Assembly (NCBI GenBank): GCA_037927135.1
Contig: JAXSPP010000001.1
Location: forward strand, 64,001 to 128,000
Direction: 5' to 3'
Origin: Candidatus Pampinifervens sinense
Lineage (GTDB): Bacteria > Aquificota > Aquificia > Aquificales > Aquificaceae
Length of the DNA stretch: 64,000 nt
Part shown: piece by piece, positions 50,344 through 60,666 of the stretch
Position numbering within the stretch: the first letter of the stretch is position 1
Layout of the letters: each line of letters opens with the position of its first letter
Translations under genes and position numbers: made by a program
The notes under the pieces: generated by a model
Told to the model about the DNA's origin: nothing
The model's database searches: none
Seen by the model: the letters and a program-made list of their open reading frames with translations, nothing else

Positions 50344-52311
50344 TTAGCTTACTACCTTACTAAAGTCTGCAAATCTATTAAAAAGCTTCTTTATTCTATA
50401 GAGTAAAGCAAGCCTGTTCCTCCTTATGCTTTCATCCTTGTCCATCACAAGCACCTTATCAAAAAAGTCATCAATGGGTTTTTTAAGGAAGGCAAGGGCC
50501 ATTGGGTCCTGGACATCTTCCAAAGATTTAAAAGCATTCCAAAGGGCCTTCTCCTCCTCCTCTCTAAATAAGCTTTCATCTACCATATCCTCCTCCCAGT
50601 TGGAAGGCAGTATCCTTACCACCCTTCTGTAGGCCTCCACTACCTTCTTAAACTCCTCCTCCTCCCTTACGCTAGCAAGCCTTTTTACTTCCTTTATAAT
50701 CCCATAGGGTCTCATATGGTCCTTCACTTCCATAACGGCCCTCACAAGGTCATGGCCGTATGGCTCAAGATAGGCCAAAAGCCTTGCCCTTATAAACTCC
50801 TCCAACTCCTTAGGCACATCCTCAAGAACCTCTCTGAGATCTATATACCACTGGAAAGCTTCCAACACCGCATATACACCATAAGCCAGCCTTCTCATAC
50901 CGTATGGATCGGAGCTACCGCTTGGGAGCTCTCCTACAGCCATCAAGGTATGCAAGCTATCAAGCTTGTCCGCCAAAGATAATACGGCAGATACTTCATT
51001 AGAAGGCATGGGATCTCCAGGTTTGTTAGGAAGGTAGTGCTCATATAGGGCAAGGGCCACCTCAGGATCCTCTCCTTGCTTTAAGGCATAAACGTATCCC
51101 ATATAGCCCTGGAGTTCGTCCAACTCTCTTACCATCTGGGTAAGAAGGTCCGCCTTACAGAGGTAGCTAGCTCTCTCTATTTTCCTTTTCTTTTCTTCAG
51201 GGAGGCCAAGAAGATCTGCGAGCTTGAGGGCAAGGGCACCCACCCTTTGTACCTTTTCCAACATGCTACCAGCCTTGGGATGAAAGATTACACCAGAGAG
51301 GTCCTTTACAAGTTCTTCAAGGGGCCTTTTTAAGTCTTCTCTGTAGAAGAAGAGAGCGTCCTCAAGCCTTGCCCTTATTACCTTCTCATAGCCTTTTACA
51401 ATAACACTGTCCCTTGGATAGTTGTTGCTTATGGCTATAAAGTAAGGAAGGAGCTTTCCATCCTTTTCCACACAGAAGAACCTTTGATGATGGGCTAGCA
51501 CTGTTATTATAACCTTTTGGGGAAGCTCAAGATACTTCTCTTCAAACCTTCCCACCACCGCAAAGGGAAACTCTACAAGGTTTGCTACCTCCTCCTCTAG
51601 GCCCTCTGGATAAATAGGCCTTCCTCCTAAGGCATAAGCTTCATCCTTTAGGAAGGCTAAGATCACTCCAAGCCTTTCTTTATAGTCTGCTATCACATAG
51701 TTGTCCTTAAGAAGGTCTGGATAGCTCTTAGGATCTCTTATCTCTATAGGCCCGGGAGAAAGGATCCTATGTCCATAGGTTATGTTGCTAGCCTTTACCC
51801 TTCCAAAGGATAAGGGAACTACCTCTTCTCCATAAAGGGCGCATATCCATCTTATAGGCCTTGAAAACTTAAGGTTTGAGCTATTCCATCTCATAGTCTT
51901 AGGAAAAGGCACCGATTGTAAAATCTCTTCAAAGGACTGGGAGAGTTTTTCTAAAGGTGTAGCCTCCCTCTGCACCCTTCTTATAGCCACATAGAGGCCT
52001 TCACCCCTTTGAAGATGAACCACCTCATCTAAGCTTGCGGAGTTTCTCTCAAGGAAGGCAAGGAGGGCCTTTGTGGGCCTTCCCTCCTCATAGGCCACCT
52101 TTACCGGAGGCCCCCAAACTATCTCCTCCCTTTCCAAAGGTTTATTTTCAAAGTTTTCAACAAGGAAGGCCAGCCTTCTAGGAGTTGAATAGGTCTTTAT
52201 ATCCTGCCTTTGCAAAACTTCTGCAAACCTTTCTTTTAGATAATCCACTGCCTGATTTATCACCCTTGCCGGCAGCTCTTCTGTACCTATCTCTATAAGA
52301 AGATCCTTCAT
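50344..52311 (-). CDS. glyS: Glycine--tRNA ligase beta subunit
   Basis: LLIEIGTEELP, TPRRL, F.RPIRW, ELQG.MG and DPYGMRR. Confidence 0.95.
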   Translation of the reverse strand: MKDLLIEIGTEELPARVINQAVDYLKERFAEVLQRQDIKTYSTPRRLAFLVENFENKPLEREEIVWGPPVKVAYEEGRPTKALLAFLERNSASLDEVVHLQRGEGLYVAIRRVQREATPLEKLSQSFEEILQSVPFPKTMRWNSSNLKFSRPIRWICALYGEEVVPLSFGRVKASNITYGHRILSPGPIEIRDPKSYPDLLKDNYVIADYKERLGVILAFLKDEAYALGGRPIYPEGLEEEVANLVEFPFAVVGRFEEKYLELPQKVIITVLAHHQRFFCVEKDGKLLPYFIAISNNYPRDSVIVKGYEKVIRARLEDALFFYREDLKRPLEELVKDLSGVIFHPKAGSMLEKVQRVGALALKLADLLGLPEEKKRKIERASYLCKADLLTQMVRELDELQGYMGYVYALKQGEDPEVALALYEHYLPNKPGDPMPSNEVSAVLSLADKLDSLHTLMAVGELPSGSSDPYGMRRLAYGVYAVLEAFQWYIDLREVLEDVPKELEEFIRARLLAYLEPYGHDLVRAVMEVKDHMRPYGIIKEVKRLASVREEEEFKKVVEAYRRVVRILPSNWEEDMVDESLFREEEEKALWNAFKSLEDVQDPMALAFLKKPIDDFFDKVLVMDKDESIRRNRLALLYRIKKLFNRFADFSKVVS

Positions 52312-52312
52312 T

Positions 52313-52882
52313 TTACTCACCTGCAAGGCTCAAAGCTTGTGCCATGTTGGCAAAATAGGTGTTAGGAGCTTTATCTTTAACTTTAGAGAGGGTCTCTTGC
52401 GCCTCTTTGTCTCTGCCTTCCTTCTTTAGTATTTGAGCCTTCAAAAGCATGGCGCTTGCATAATTAAAATCCTTCTCCCCTATCTTTTCAAGCTCCCTTA
52501 GAGCTTCTGCACTTTTCCCCTGTTTAAAAAGGTAATAGGCATACCTTTCTCTGTAAAGGGCAAGGAGGTCTCTATCTTTCAGACTTGTAAGGATTTCTTT
52601 CAAGACCTTACCTTCATCCACCCTCTCCTTTGAATTTTCTCCAATGTAGAGTTCATAGGACAAAAACAAAGGCTTAAAAGGTCCAGGAGAACCTTCCTTT
52701 TTTATAATCTCCATAGCCTTTGCATAGTTTCCAGCTTGAATTAGCTTACTTATTTCATACTCTTTGTATGAGAGCTTTTCAAGCTTATCCTTTTTGTACT
52801 TGTCCCAAAGAAGACCCCCCCCTACCACAAGCAAGACTACTATTATAAGGCCACCAACCTTTAAAACCACATCTTTCATCAC
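52313..52882 (-). CDS. YfgM-like membrane-anchored TPR protein
   Basis: N-terminal TM followed by TPR-like helices; next to secF. Confidence 0.6.
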   Translation of the reverse strand: MMKDVVLKVGGLIIVVLLVVGGGLLWDKYKKDKLEKLSYKEYEISKLIQAGNYAKAMEIIKKEGSPGPFKPLFLSYELYIGENSKERVDEGKVLKEILTSLKDRDLLALYRERYAYYLFKQGKSAEALRELEKIGEKDFNYASAMLLKAQILKKEGRDKEAQETLSKVKDKAPNTYFANMAQALSLAGE

Positions 52883-53736
52883 TAAAAATTATACCCTAGC
52901 CTACTCTTTACATCAAAAACTATGGCGCTTGCTACAAAGATGGAGGATAGGGTTCCCACAAAGATGCCTACCACAAAGGCAAACATGATGTTGGAAAGGG
53001 CGGGACCACCAAAGAGGAAAAGGGTAAGGGATACCACAAGGGTGGTCAAAGAGGTCATGAGGGTTCTTGAAAGGGTTTGGTTTATGGATAGGTCAATGAT
53101 TTCCCCAAAAGGTGTACCCTTTCTCAGGCGCAGATTCTCCCTTATCCTGTCAAAGACTACCACCGTATCGGAGACAGAGTAGCCAGCCACTATAAGAAGG
53201 GAAGCCACCACATCAAGGTTTACCTCCCTATAGGTCAAAGAATAGGCACCTACCACTATGAGAACGTCATGCACAAGGGCCAGTATGGCACCAAGGGCCC
53301 AAAGGGGCTCAAACCTGTAGCCAAGGTATAAGAGTATGCCCCCTATGGCTACCAATATGGACCATATGGCCTTTTGTCTTAGTTCTGAGGTTATAATACC
53401 GCCGATGCTTTCTGATCTTATTAGCTGGTAAGCAGAAAGTTCCTTTAAGCCTTCAAGGGCCTTTTCTGTGGGCTCTCCAAGCCTTAGCTTAATGATGGTG
53501 GTGGCTTGGGCTGTATCCTGAACTTGAAAGTGTGAATAGCCAAGACTTTCAAGCTTTTTTCTTACTTCTGCTATGCTTACCTTCTTTTCAAACTTTACCT
53601 CCAAAAGGCTACCACCGGTAAAGTCAAGGCCAAGGTTTAGTCCTCTGTAGGCAAGGGAAAAAAGGCTCAAAAGCAGAAGTATTATGGATATAACATAGGC
53701 ATAGTATCTTAGGCTCATAAAGGGGATGCTTTTCAT
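52882..53736 (-). CDS. secF: Protein translocase subunit SecF
   Basis: [24 protein letters not shown] and TLSRT. Confidence 0.95.
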   Translation of the reverse strand: MKSIPFMSLRYYAYVISIILLLLSLFSLAYRGLNLGLDFTGGSLLEVKFEKKVSIAEVRKKLESLGYSHFQVQDTAQATTIIKLRLGEPTEKALEGLKELSAYQLIRSESIGGIITSELRQKAIWSILVAIGGILLYLGYRFEPLWALGAILALVHDVLIVVGAYSLTYREVNLDVVASLLIVAGYSVSDTVVVFDRIRENLRLRKGTPFGEIIDLSINQTLSRTLMTSLTTLVVSLTLFLFGGPALSNIMFAFVVGIFVGTLSSIFVASAIVFDVKSRLGYNF

Positions 53737-53751
53737 GGTTATAATTGTAGC

Positions 53752-55233
53752 ATGGTTTATTTGCTTGTGGCTTTGGTGCCTTTGCTTTACCTTTTAAACC
53801 TTGGCTACTTTCAGGTTTGGTCTCCCAATGAGGCCTTCTATGCTGATGCTACAAGGACCATGATTCAAAGCGGCAACTTTATAGACCCCTATTACAATGG
53901 AGAACTTAGACTAAACAAGCCTCCCATGACCTATTGGCTTGTGGCTATAGGCTACTACCTTTTAGGTATAAACGAGTGGGGCCTAAGGCTTATGCATGCC
54001 CTTTTGGGCCTTATGACAGGAATAATCACTCTCCTTATAGCAAAAGAAATAACAGGAAGCTACAAGATAGGCCTTTTTAGCTTTCTCATGCTTACCCTTT
54101 CTGTGCAGTTCTTTGCCAACTCTCAATATGCCTCTCCAGAGATTCCTTTCACCTTCTTTATAACCCTAAGCCTATACCTTTGGCTCATCTCTTACAAGAG
54201 AAACAGCCTTCTTTTGCTCTTCTTTGCCTTCCTTTCTTCTTCTCTTGCCATGCTTGTAAAAGGTCCTGCAGGCTTTGTACTGCCCGCTGGCATAGTCTTT
54301 TTATACTTAGTATTTACAGACCCAAAGGAGCTTTTAAAGCTTAGGTATTACATATTTACTGCAATCTCTTTAGTCCTTGGCCTCTGGTGGCACGCTTATC
54401 AGCTTTTGACAAAGGGCCACACCTTTTGGGAAGTCTTCTACAGGGAAAACTTTAAACGAGTTTATGATGGGAAAGACCCCTTTTACTTTTACCTTCTTGA
54501 CCTCAATGTAAGCTTTTTGCCTTATTCCTTCCTTTTCTTTTTTGCCTTCCTTTGGGTAGTGTTAAAAATCAAAAGAGAATACACCTTTCCCATGGTTTGG
54601 CTCCTATTTGTCTACGGCATTTTTAGCCTTGTGGCTCAAAAGATCCCCGTTTATGTGCTTCCTGCCTTTCCTGCCCTTGCCATAATCACCTCTGGCTTTA
54701 TACTATCCCAAGACTGGGAGAGATTAAAAAGTTATGCTATTCTCTTACTCCTTAGTCTTATATCCATAGCCTTAGCCGTTGGCATCTTCCTTTTCTCCCT
54801 GCCTTTGGCCTTCCTTTTACTTGTCCCTCTTCCCTTCTTACTTTTCTTAAAGGACCATAGGCTTTCACCAGCCTTGGCTGGCATGATGTTTATTGTTCTC
54901 TTGAAGTTTGGGCTTTTGACAGGTTTGGAGGAAAAAAGAAAGGTAAAAGAACTTGGAGAGTTTATAAAAAAGCTTGACCCTAAGAGTGCTATGCCCGTGT
55001 ATGAAGTGGGACATTTCCATCATAGCCTACCTTTTTATGTAGAAAGGAAGATAATAAGGGACAAGGAGCCACAGAAGGGGTCCATAGTGGTTTATAAAAG
55101 TGGCACCTTTGAAAAATGTAATTCCATAAAAAGCCTTAGACTCTATACAGGTTCGGAAAGCAGGCTTTTTAAATTCCTAATGGATGCCCGCAAAAACAAA
55201 AACTTTGAGGAATTTTTTGTATGCCTTTATTGA
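53752..55233 (+). CDS. ArnT/PMT-family membrane glycosyltransferase
   Basis: EA.YA, KPP..YW, KGP and multiple TM segments. Confidence 0.85.
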   Translation: MVYLLVALVPLLYLLNLGYFQVWSPNEAFYADATRTMIQSGNFIDPYYNGELRLNKPPMTYWLVAIGYYLLGINEWGLRLMHALLGLMTGIITLLIAKEITGSYKIGLFSFLMLTLSVQFFANSQYASPEIPFTFFITLSLYLWLISYKRNSLLLLFFAFLSSSLAMLVKGPAGFVLPAGIVFLYLVFTDPKELLKLRYYIFTAISLVLGLWWHAYQLLTKGHTFWEVFYRENFKRVYDGKDPFYFYLLDLNVSFLPYSFLFFFAFLWVVLKIKREYTFPMVWLLFVYGIFSLVAQKIPVYVLPAFPALAIITSGFILSQDWERLKSYAILLLLSLISIALAVGIFLFSLPLAFLLLVPLPFLLFLKDHRLSPALAGMMFIVLLKFGLLTGLEEKRKVKELGEFIKKLDPKSAMPVYEVGHFHHSLPFYVERKIIRDKEPQKGSIVVYKSGTFEKCNSIKSLRLYTGSESRLFKFLMDARKNKNFEEFFVCLY

Positions 55234-56225
55234 CCTGGCACCTGTATAACTATGAATTCCACCCTTCTGTTGGTAAGCCTACCTATGGATGTTTCGTTGC
55301 TTACTATATACCTTTCCTTTCCAAAGCCCACTATCTCTATCCTATCCTCCGGAATCCCAGCCTTTACAAGATAATCTTTTACCGCTTTGGCTCTCTTAAG
55401 CGCAAGCCTGTCATTATATGCCTTTGGACCTATGTTGTCTGTGTAGCCCTCAATCCTCACTCTTACGTTTGGGTTTTCCTTTAGGGCTTTTACTACCTCG
55501 TTTAGAAGGGGTATGTATTCTCTTTTTATGTTATATCTGTCAAAGTCAAAATGAACCCTTGCTCTGACCATCAGAGGTTCTTCCTTAACAATTGGTTTTT
55601 CTTTTGGTATTTCCTCCTTTCTTTCACTTGGTTCCACCTTTGCCTCCTCTGGCCTATAGGCTTCGCCTGTATAACATTCAAGCCTTCCTTCCTTGGCTAC
55701 ATTTACCTTTTCAAGGGCCAGATTTAAATCTGCAAAGGCCTTGTTATAGAACTCCATAAGGTTTGCATAGCTTGGATTTGGTTTAGAAAGTTCGTAGGAA
55801 AGGGCTTCATAGTATGCTTCTGCCCTTGCAAGCTCTAAAGGAGCGCAGTTTAGAGCCTTATTTTCCCTCACATACTTGAGCTTTGAGTTGATAGATGCCA
55901 AATCAATAGACGGTATATTTTTATTTAAAAAGTTTATCTCATCTAACTCAAACCTTTCTGAAAGAGCCTTGGACAGCGCATTGAAGCTTTTTACCATAAA
56001 AAGCTTTGATCCAACTTCATCCATGTTGGAGGCTAGGATGTAAGACACATCTTTAGTAGCTTTTGCCTTTTCAAAGTGATATGGATCCTTCTTATCCACC
56101 TTCTTTTCTTTGGCTATCTCTATATTCTTTTGCATCTGGCTTATACCTTCAAGGAGCCTTAGCTGGCTCACCTCCTGGGAAAAGGCCACCACAGAGCCTA
56201 TTAACAACAGGCCTAGTCTTTTCAT
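55227..56225 (-). CDS. OmpA-family peptidoglycan-binding protein
   Basis: HFDFD, IEGYTD..G...YN..L...RA and NRRVE; signal peptide. Confidence 0.88.
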   Translation of the reverse strand: MKRLGLLLIGSVVAFSQEVSQLRLLEGISQMQKNIEIAKEKKVDKKDPYHFEKAKATKDVSYILASNMDEVGSKLFMVKSFNALSKALSERFELDEINFLNKNIPSIDLASINSKLKYVRENKALNCAPLELARAEAYYEALSYELSKPNPSYANLMEFYNKAFADLNLALEKVNVAKEGRLECYTGEAYRPEEAKVEPSERKEEIPKEKPIVKEEPLMVRARVHFDFDRYNIKREYIPLLNEVVKALKENPNVRVRIEGYTDNIGPKAYNDRLALKRAKAVKDYLVKAGIPEDRIEIVGFGKERYIVSNETSIGRLTNRRVEFIVIQVPGQ

Positions 56226-56270
56226 ATTTCCCTCCTTTTTTTTAAATATTCTACACTAAAATTCTTATAC

Positions 56271-56714
56271 ATGAGAGCTGTGTTGCAAAGGGTAAAGGAA
56301 TCAAGAGTTTATGTGAACGGACAAGAAGTGGCAAGTATTGGTATTGGTCTTAACATACTCCTTGGTGTGGGTGTAGGCGATGATGAAGGGGACGTAAATA
56401 AGCTGGTGGAGAAAATAGTGAATCTACGTATATTTGAAGATGACTCTGGAAAGCTTAATTTGTCTTTACTTGATGTGAAGGGTTCTGCCCTAGTCGTCTC
56501 CCAGTTTACCCTCTATGCCAATACAAAGAAGGGAAGGAGACCCAGCTTTGAGCTTGCAGAAAGGCCGGAGAGGGCAAAAGAGCTTTATGAGCTTTTTGTG
56601 GAAAAGATGTCTAAGTATGTGCCAACCCAGTGTGGCATCTTTGGTGCCATGATGGAGGTTTATATTCTCAACTGGGGGCCCGTGACCATAATCCTTGATA
56701 GCAAAGAGCTTTAA
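56271..56714 (+). CDS. dtd: D-aminoacyl-tRNA deacylase
   Basis: MRAVLQRV, SQFTL, FGAMM and GPVT. Confidence 0.96.
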   Translation: MRAVLQRVKESRVYVNGQEVASIGIGLNILLGVGVGDDEGDVNKLVEKIVNLRIFEDDSGKLNLSLLDVKGSALVVSQFTLYANTKKGRRPSFELAERPERAKELYELFVEKMSKYVPTQCGIFGAMMEVYILNWGPVTIILDSKEL

Positions 56715-58558
56715 AGCTGGATTTCTACAAGCATACTAAAGGGAACCCCTATGCCGCTTAAGAAAAGATGGCCAGGCTTGAGGGTTGGCAAGAGCCTAAG
56801 CTGGTCCTCTTGGGGGTATTCAAAGAATTGAGAGACTGCCTCTATATCGTTTTGTGTGATAAGCCTAAAGATGGCTTGAGTGTTTAACTGAGATAACACA
56901 TACTTGCTTAGGTTTGCTGGTCTTTGGGAGACTGCCACAAGTCCAAGAGAAAACTTCCTTCCTTCCAAAGCTATCTTCTTTGTCATGTTTATGGCAAGGT
57001 TTTCCCTGCCTGTAGGCACCTCTGTAGCACCTCTTTCTGGTGCAAAGTTGTGGGCTTCTTCTAAGACTATCAGCCTTCTTTCTGGCTTTAGCCTTGCCAT
57101 GGAAAGGATTTCTCTTAGTAGGAGGCCCACAAGGTTTAGCCTTGCGGACATATTTACCATATCCTTTAGGTCCACTATGACTATCTCTTTATCCGAGCTT
57201 AAGGCCTCCTTCAAAAGCTTGAAAACCTTTGGCTGGTTTTCAAGGACTTCTTCTCCAAGCTCTCTGATTACCATCTCAATCACATCAAGCACATCCCTCC
57301 TTAGCCCACCCTTTGAAGCCTCAAGAAGTATATCTTTCAAAGTTTTTTCTCTGTATGCTGATAGGCTCATGCTTGGCTTTAGCTGGCTCCTTATATGTGC
57401 CAAAAAACTCCTCTCTTCCTCACTCCTTTCTTGAAGCACAAAGCCATAATCTCTAAAAAGTTCCTTTATATCCTCCGTCCAAAGGGGAAGAAGAGTGTAT
57501 GGTAGCTTTGCATGATGAACCCTTTGAGGATCAAGCTTGTTAATGTATTCACCAAAGAGGTCAAAGATGATAACCTTACAGCTATTTGGTGGAATGGCGG
57601 ACACGAGTCTTGACACAAAGGTGGTTTTTCCAGAGCCTGTGGTTCCAAGGATTGCCATATGCATGGAAGTGAGCTTTGCAAGGTCTATATAAACGTCCAC
57701 ATCCTTTCCAAGCAGACTTCCAACCCTGAGGGGTATGTCCATAGAATAGCCCGAAAGGTTTGTCTTCATTATCTTTTGAAGGTCCGGCTCTTCTTCCCTC
57801 ACAGGAAGAAGCTGGTCGCCAAGTGAAAGGCTCCTTAGGGGAGTGCCAAAGTATCCTTCCTTTTCACCTCTTAGCTCAAGAAGAACCTTAACCTTTCCCA
57901 TGTAGCCACCAGATCTTATCAAGGAGGTCCTAAGGTAGGCCAAAAGCCATAGCTTATCCTTGTAGAAGCTTTCCGGAACAATAAAGGACTGGCTTTGGGT
58001 ATAAACCTTAGTAAGCTTACAAAGAAGCTTGTAGCCTTCCTTTTCTACCCATAAGAAGGTCTGCTCTGGTATGTTCTCAAAAAGAAAGGCTGTTGCTTCG
58101 GTAGAAGATTCAACAGAAATAACTACAGCCAAAGCATCCTTAAGTAGCCTTACAGAATGCCTTTTGAAGTCTTCAAAAAGCTCGGAGAACTTCTTTACAT
58201 CCTCACCTTCAATGAGGACCATAGCCTCAAGGTTTCCCTCCTCCCGCATGCCCGCACCGGTTAGGTTGGCAGAGCCCACAAGAGCCAAAAGGTCATCCAC
58301 TATTACAAGCTTTGCATGAAGCCTATCGCTAATATAAACATCCGCTCCAAACTTATTTAAGGTTCTAAAGGTCCCTTCTCCAGTGATGGCTAAATCTTTT
58401 AGCTCTTGAGACCTAAGTATTACTTCAATCTTTATACTCTTTGGCAAGACTTCTAAAAGCTTTTCCAAAAGACATTCTTCAATCCATGGAGAGGCTATCT
58501 TCAGGCTTTTTCTTGCCCCAGCTACCCTTTCTTTTAACTTTTCAAAGAGCTCTTTCAT
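56711..58558 (-). CDS. PLD-like (HKD) nuclease fused to a HerA/DUF87 ATPase
   Basis: N-terminal LHAKLVIVD...GSANLT...NLE; C-terminal GTTGSGKT, LEEAHNF and EGRKF.LG....SQRP. Confidence 0.85.
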   Translation of the reverse strand: MKELFEKLKERVAGARKSLKIASPWIEECLLEKLLEVLPKSIKIEVILRSQELKDLAITGEGTFRTLNKFGADVYISDRLHAKLVIVDDLLALVGSANLTGAGMREEGNLEAMVLIEGEDVKKFSELFEDFKRHSVRLLKDALAVVISVESSTEATAFLFENIPEQTFLWVEKEGYKLLCKLTKVYTQSQSFIVPESFYKDKLWLLAYLRTSLIRSGGYMGKVKVLLELRGEKEGYFGTPLRSLSLGDQLLPVREEEPDLQKIMKTNLSGYSMDIPLRVGSLLGKDVDVYIDLAKLTSMHMAILGTTGSGKTTFVSRLVSAIPPNSCKVIIFDLFGEYINKLDPQRVHHAKLPYTLLPLWTEDIKELFRDYGFVLQERSEEERSFLAHIRSQLKPSMSLSAYREKTLKDILLEASKGGLRRDVLDVIEMVIRELGEEVLENQPKVFKLLKEALSSDKEIVIVDLKDMVNMSARLNLVGLLLREILSMARLKPERRLIVLEEAHNFAPERGATEVPTGRENLAINMTKKIALEGRKFSLGLVAVSQRPANLSKYVLSQLNTQAIFRLITQNDIEAVSQFFEYPQEDQLRLLPTLKPGHLFLSGIGVPFSMLVEIQL

Positions 58559-59154
58559 TCAAAATCAGACCATAGCTTGAAGACCTTCACCAACTCGGAT
58601 GTCCTTCTTCTTAGGTCTTCCATGCTTCCTCTGTTATCCACTATAAAGTTGGCATACCTTAACTTTTCCTCTGGTGCCATCTGGTATCTCCATCTTCTTT
58701 CAAAATCCTCAGGACTATAGCCCGCCTTTATTGCCCTCTCTTTACATATTTCATAGGGTGCATAGACCAAAACGGTAGCATGATAATTTTTATACGTGCC
58801 CTTTTCAATAAGCAAGCTAGCCTCTACCACCACCACGCTATTTGATGGCAACTTTTCAAACTCTTCTTCTAGCTTTCTATAGAGGGCCTCGTGGGTTATA
58901 TCCTCCAATATTCTTAGCTTTTCTTCCTTCTCAAAGACCACGTCAGCCAATTTCTTCCTGTCAATGTTTCCTGCCTCATCCAATATCTCTTTGCCAAAGG
59001 CTTCTACCACCTTCTTATAAACTTCTCCCTTTTCTTCGTAAAACTGTCTTATTATGCTATCTGCATCAAAGACATAAAAGCCTGCCTCTTGGAAGATCTT
59101 CCCTACCGTTGATTTGCCAGAAGCCAGGTTTCCAGTAAGAGCTATCTTTATCAT
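58555..59154 (-). CDS. coaE: Dephospho-CoA kinase
   Basis: LTGNLASGKST, DAD and IDRKKL. Confidence 0.93.
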   Translation of the reverse strand: MIKIALTGNLASGKSTVGKIFQEAGFYVFDADSIIRQFYEEKGEVYKKVVEAFGKEILDEAGNIDRKKLADVVFEKEEKLRILEDITHEALYRKLEEEFEKLPSNSVVVVEASLLIEKGTYKNYHATVLVYAPYEICKERAIKAGYSPEDFERRWRYQMAPEEKLRYANFIVDNRGSMEDLRRRTSELVKVFKLWSDFE

Positions 59155-59179
59155 AAGAAATATTTTAAAACAGTCTCTA

Positions 59180-60664
59180 TCATCCCCCGTATTCTCTGCT
59201 GGCTATATAGCGTATCCATTTTAATGGGCTTACGGGACCTTCTGGAGATATGCCAAAGAAAAGGGTAAGAAAAGCCGTTATTAAGGGAGGTATGAGCATA
59301 AGAGGGCTTACCTCTAATTTTCTTCCTTTTACTTCCTCTTTAATTTTACCAAACCAAGCTTTAAAGACTATGGGAATAAGATAAAGGGTGCTTAGGATAG
59401 AGCTAATATAGAAAACGTAAACAACCCACTCTTCCCCCGCACTTTTAGCTCCAGCTTCCAAATATTTCTTTGTTAAATATCCAGCAGTCATTGGCACGCC
59501 TATGAGGCCAAGGGATGCTATGGTAAAAGCAAGAGTGGTAAAGGGCATTCTTCTACCAACTCCGTCCAACTCCTTAAATTTATGCACATCATATTTTTCT
59601 GCGTAATTACCCAGGCACATAAAAAGGGTTATCTTCATTATGCCGTGATTGACAAGATGCAAAAGGGCACCCATGGTAGAAAGCTGCCCAGGCAATAAAA
59701 CACCCAGAATTATATAGGATATGTGGCTTATGGTAGAATAAGCTAACCTTTTCTTTAACTCCTCCTGAAAGATGGCCATGGATGAACCAAAAAGTATGGT
59801 AAAGGCCGTAAGGTAAGCCAATGGTTGCCACAGATTCATACTCTGTACCAAGTCAACACCATAGAGTTCATACACAAGCCTAACAATACCAAAAGCTCCC
59901 GCCTTCACTACAGCGACAGCATGCAGTAGAGCACTTACGGGAGCAGGGGCTACCATAGCTTTAGTTAACCATTGATGTAATGGAAAAACTGCAGACTTTA
60001 CAGCCATTGCAAAGAAAAAGCCATAAAAGAGGATCTTAGCCATAAGAGAGTTTTCCATGGCCCAATTTTTTACCTTTGGATTTCCTCCTGTATAAAAGTT
60101 GCCATCTCCCACAAACACATAAAGGAGAACAAGACATAGCATAAAGAGGGAGCCGCCGAGAATGGTATAAAGGAGATAAATCCCGCCAGCTTTTAAAGCT
60201 TTTGATGTGCCTCTATGCACTACCAATGGATAAGTGCTAAGTGTAAGAAGCTCATAGAATAGAAAAAAAGTAAATATATTGCCTGCAAGAGCTATACCCA
60301 TAGTAGAGGTAACTGCAAGATTAAAGAAGGTAAAAAACCTTCTTCTATTGGGAGATCCTTCAAGATATCCTATGGCATAGATAGTAGTAAGGAGCCAAAG
60401 AAAAGAGGATAAACTAACAAAAAGAAGAGCAAGGGGGTCTATTCTTAGATAAAAATCTGCAAAGGGTACCATAGGATAGCGTATTTCAAAGGTAATTCCC
60501 TTGTATACACTCCATATAAGGTAAGAAATAACAAATAGTTTGTAAACAGCGGCTACAACATTTACCAAACTTCTTAGAAATACTCTCTCCTCCTTAAGTA
60601 AGCTTATAATGATGCTTGCAAAAAAGGAGCTCAGTAATAAGCTTAAAACCGCCAATTTTTCCAT
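59180..60664 (-). CDS. Mrp Na+/H+ antiporter MrpD/MrpA-type subunit
   Basis: FYE, KSA.FPLH.WL, PVSALLHA...VKAG and RLAYST. Confidence 0.85.
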   Translation of the reverse strand: MEKLAVLSLLLSSFFASIIISLLKEERVFLRSLVNVVAAVYKLFVISYLIWSVYKGITFEIRYPMVPFADFYLRIDPLALLFVSLSSFLWLLTTIYAIGYLEGSPNRRRFFTFFNLAVTSTMGIALAGNIFTFFLFYELLTLSTYPLVVHRGTSKALKAGGIYLLYTILGGSLFMLCLVLLYVFVGDGNFYTGGNPKVKNWAMENSLMAKILFYGFFFAMAVKSAVFPLHQWLTKAMVAPAPVSALLHAVAVVKAGAFGIVRLVYELYGVDLVQSMNLWQPLAYLTAFTILFGSSMAIFQEELKKRLAYSTISHISYIILGVLLPGQLSTMGALLHLVNHGIMKITLFMCLGNYAEKYDVHKFKELDGVGRRMPFTTLAFTIASLGLIGVPMTAGYLTKKYLEAGAKSAGEEWVVYVFYISSILSTLYLIPIVFKAWFGKIKEEVKGRKLEVSPLMLIPPLITAFLTLFFGISPEGPVSPLKWIRYIASREYGG

Positions 60665-60666
60665 GT

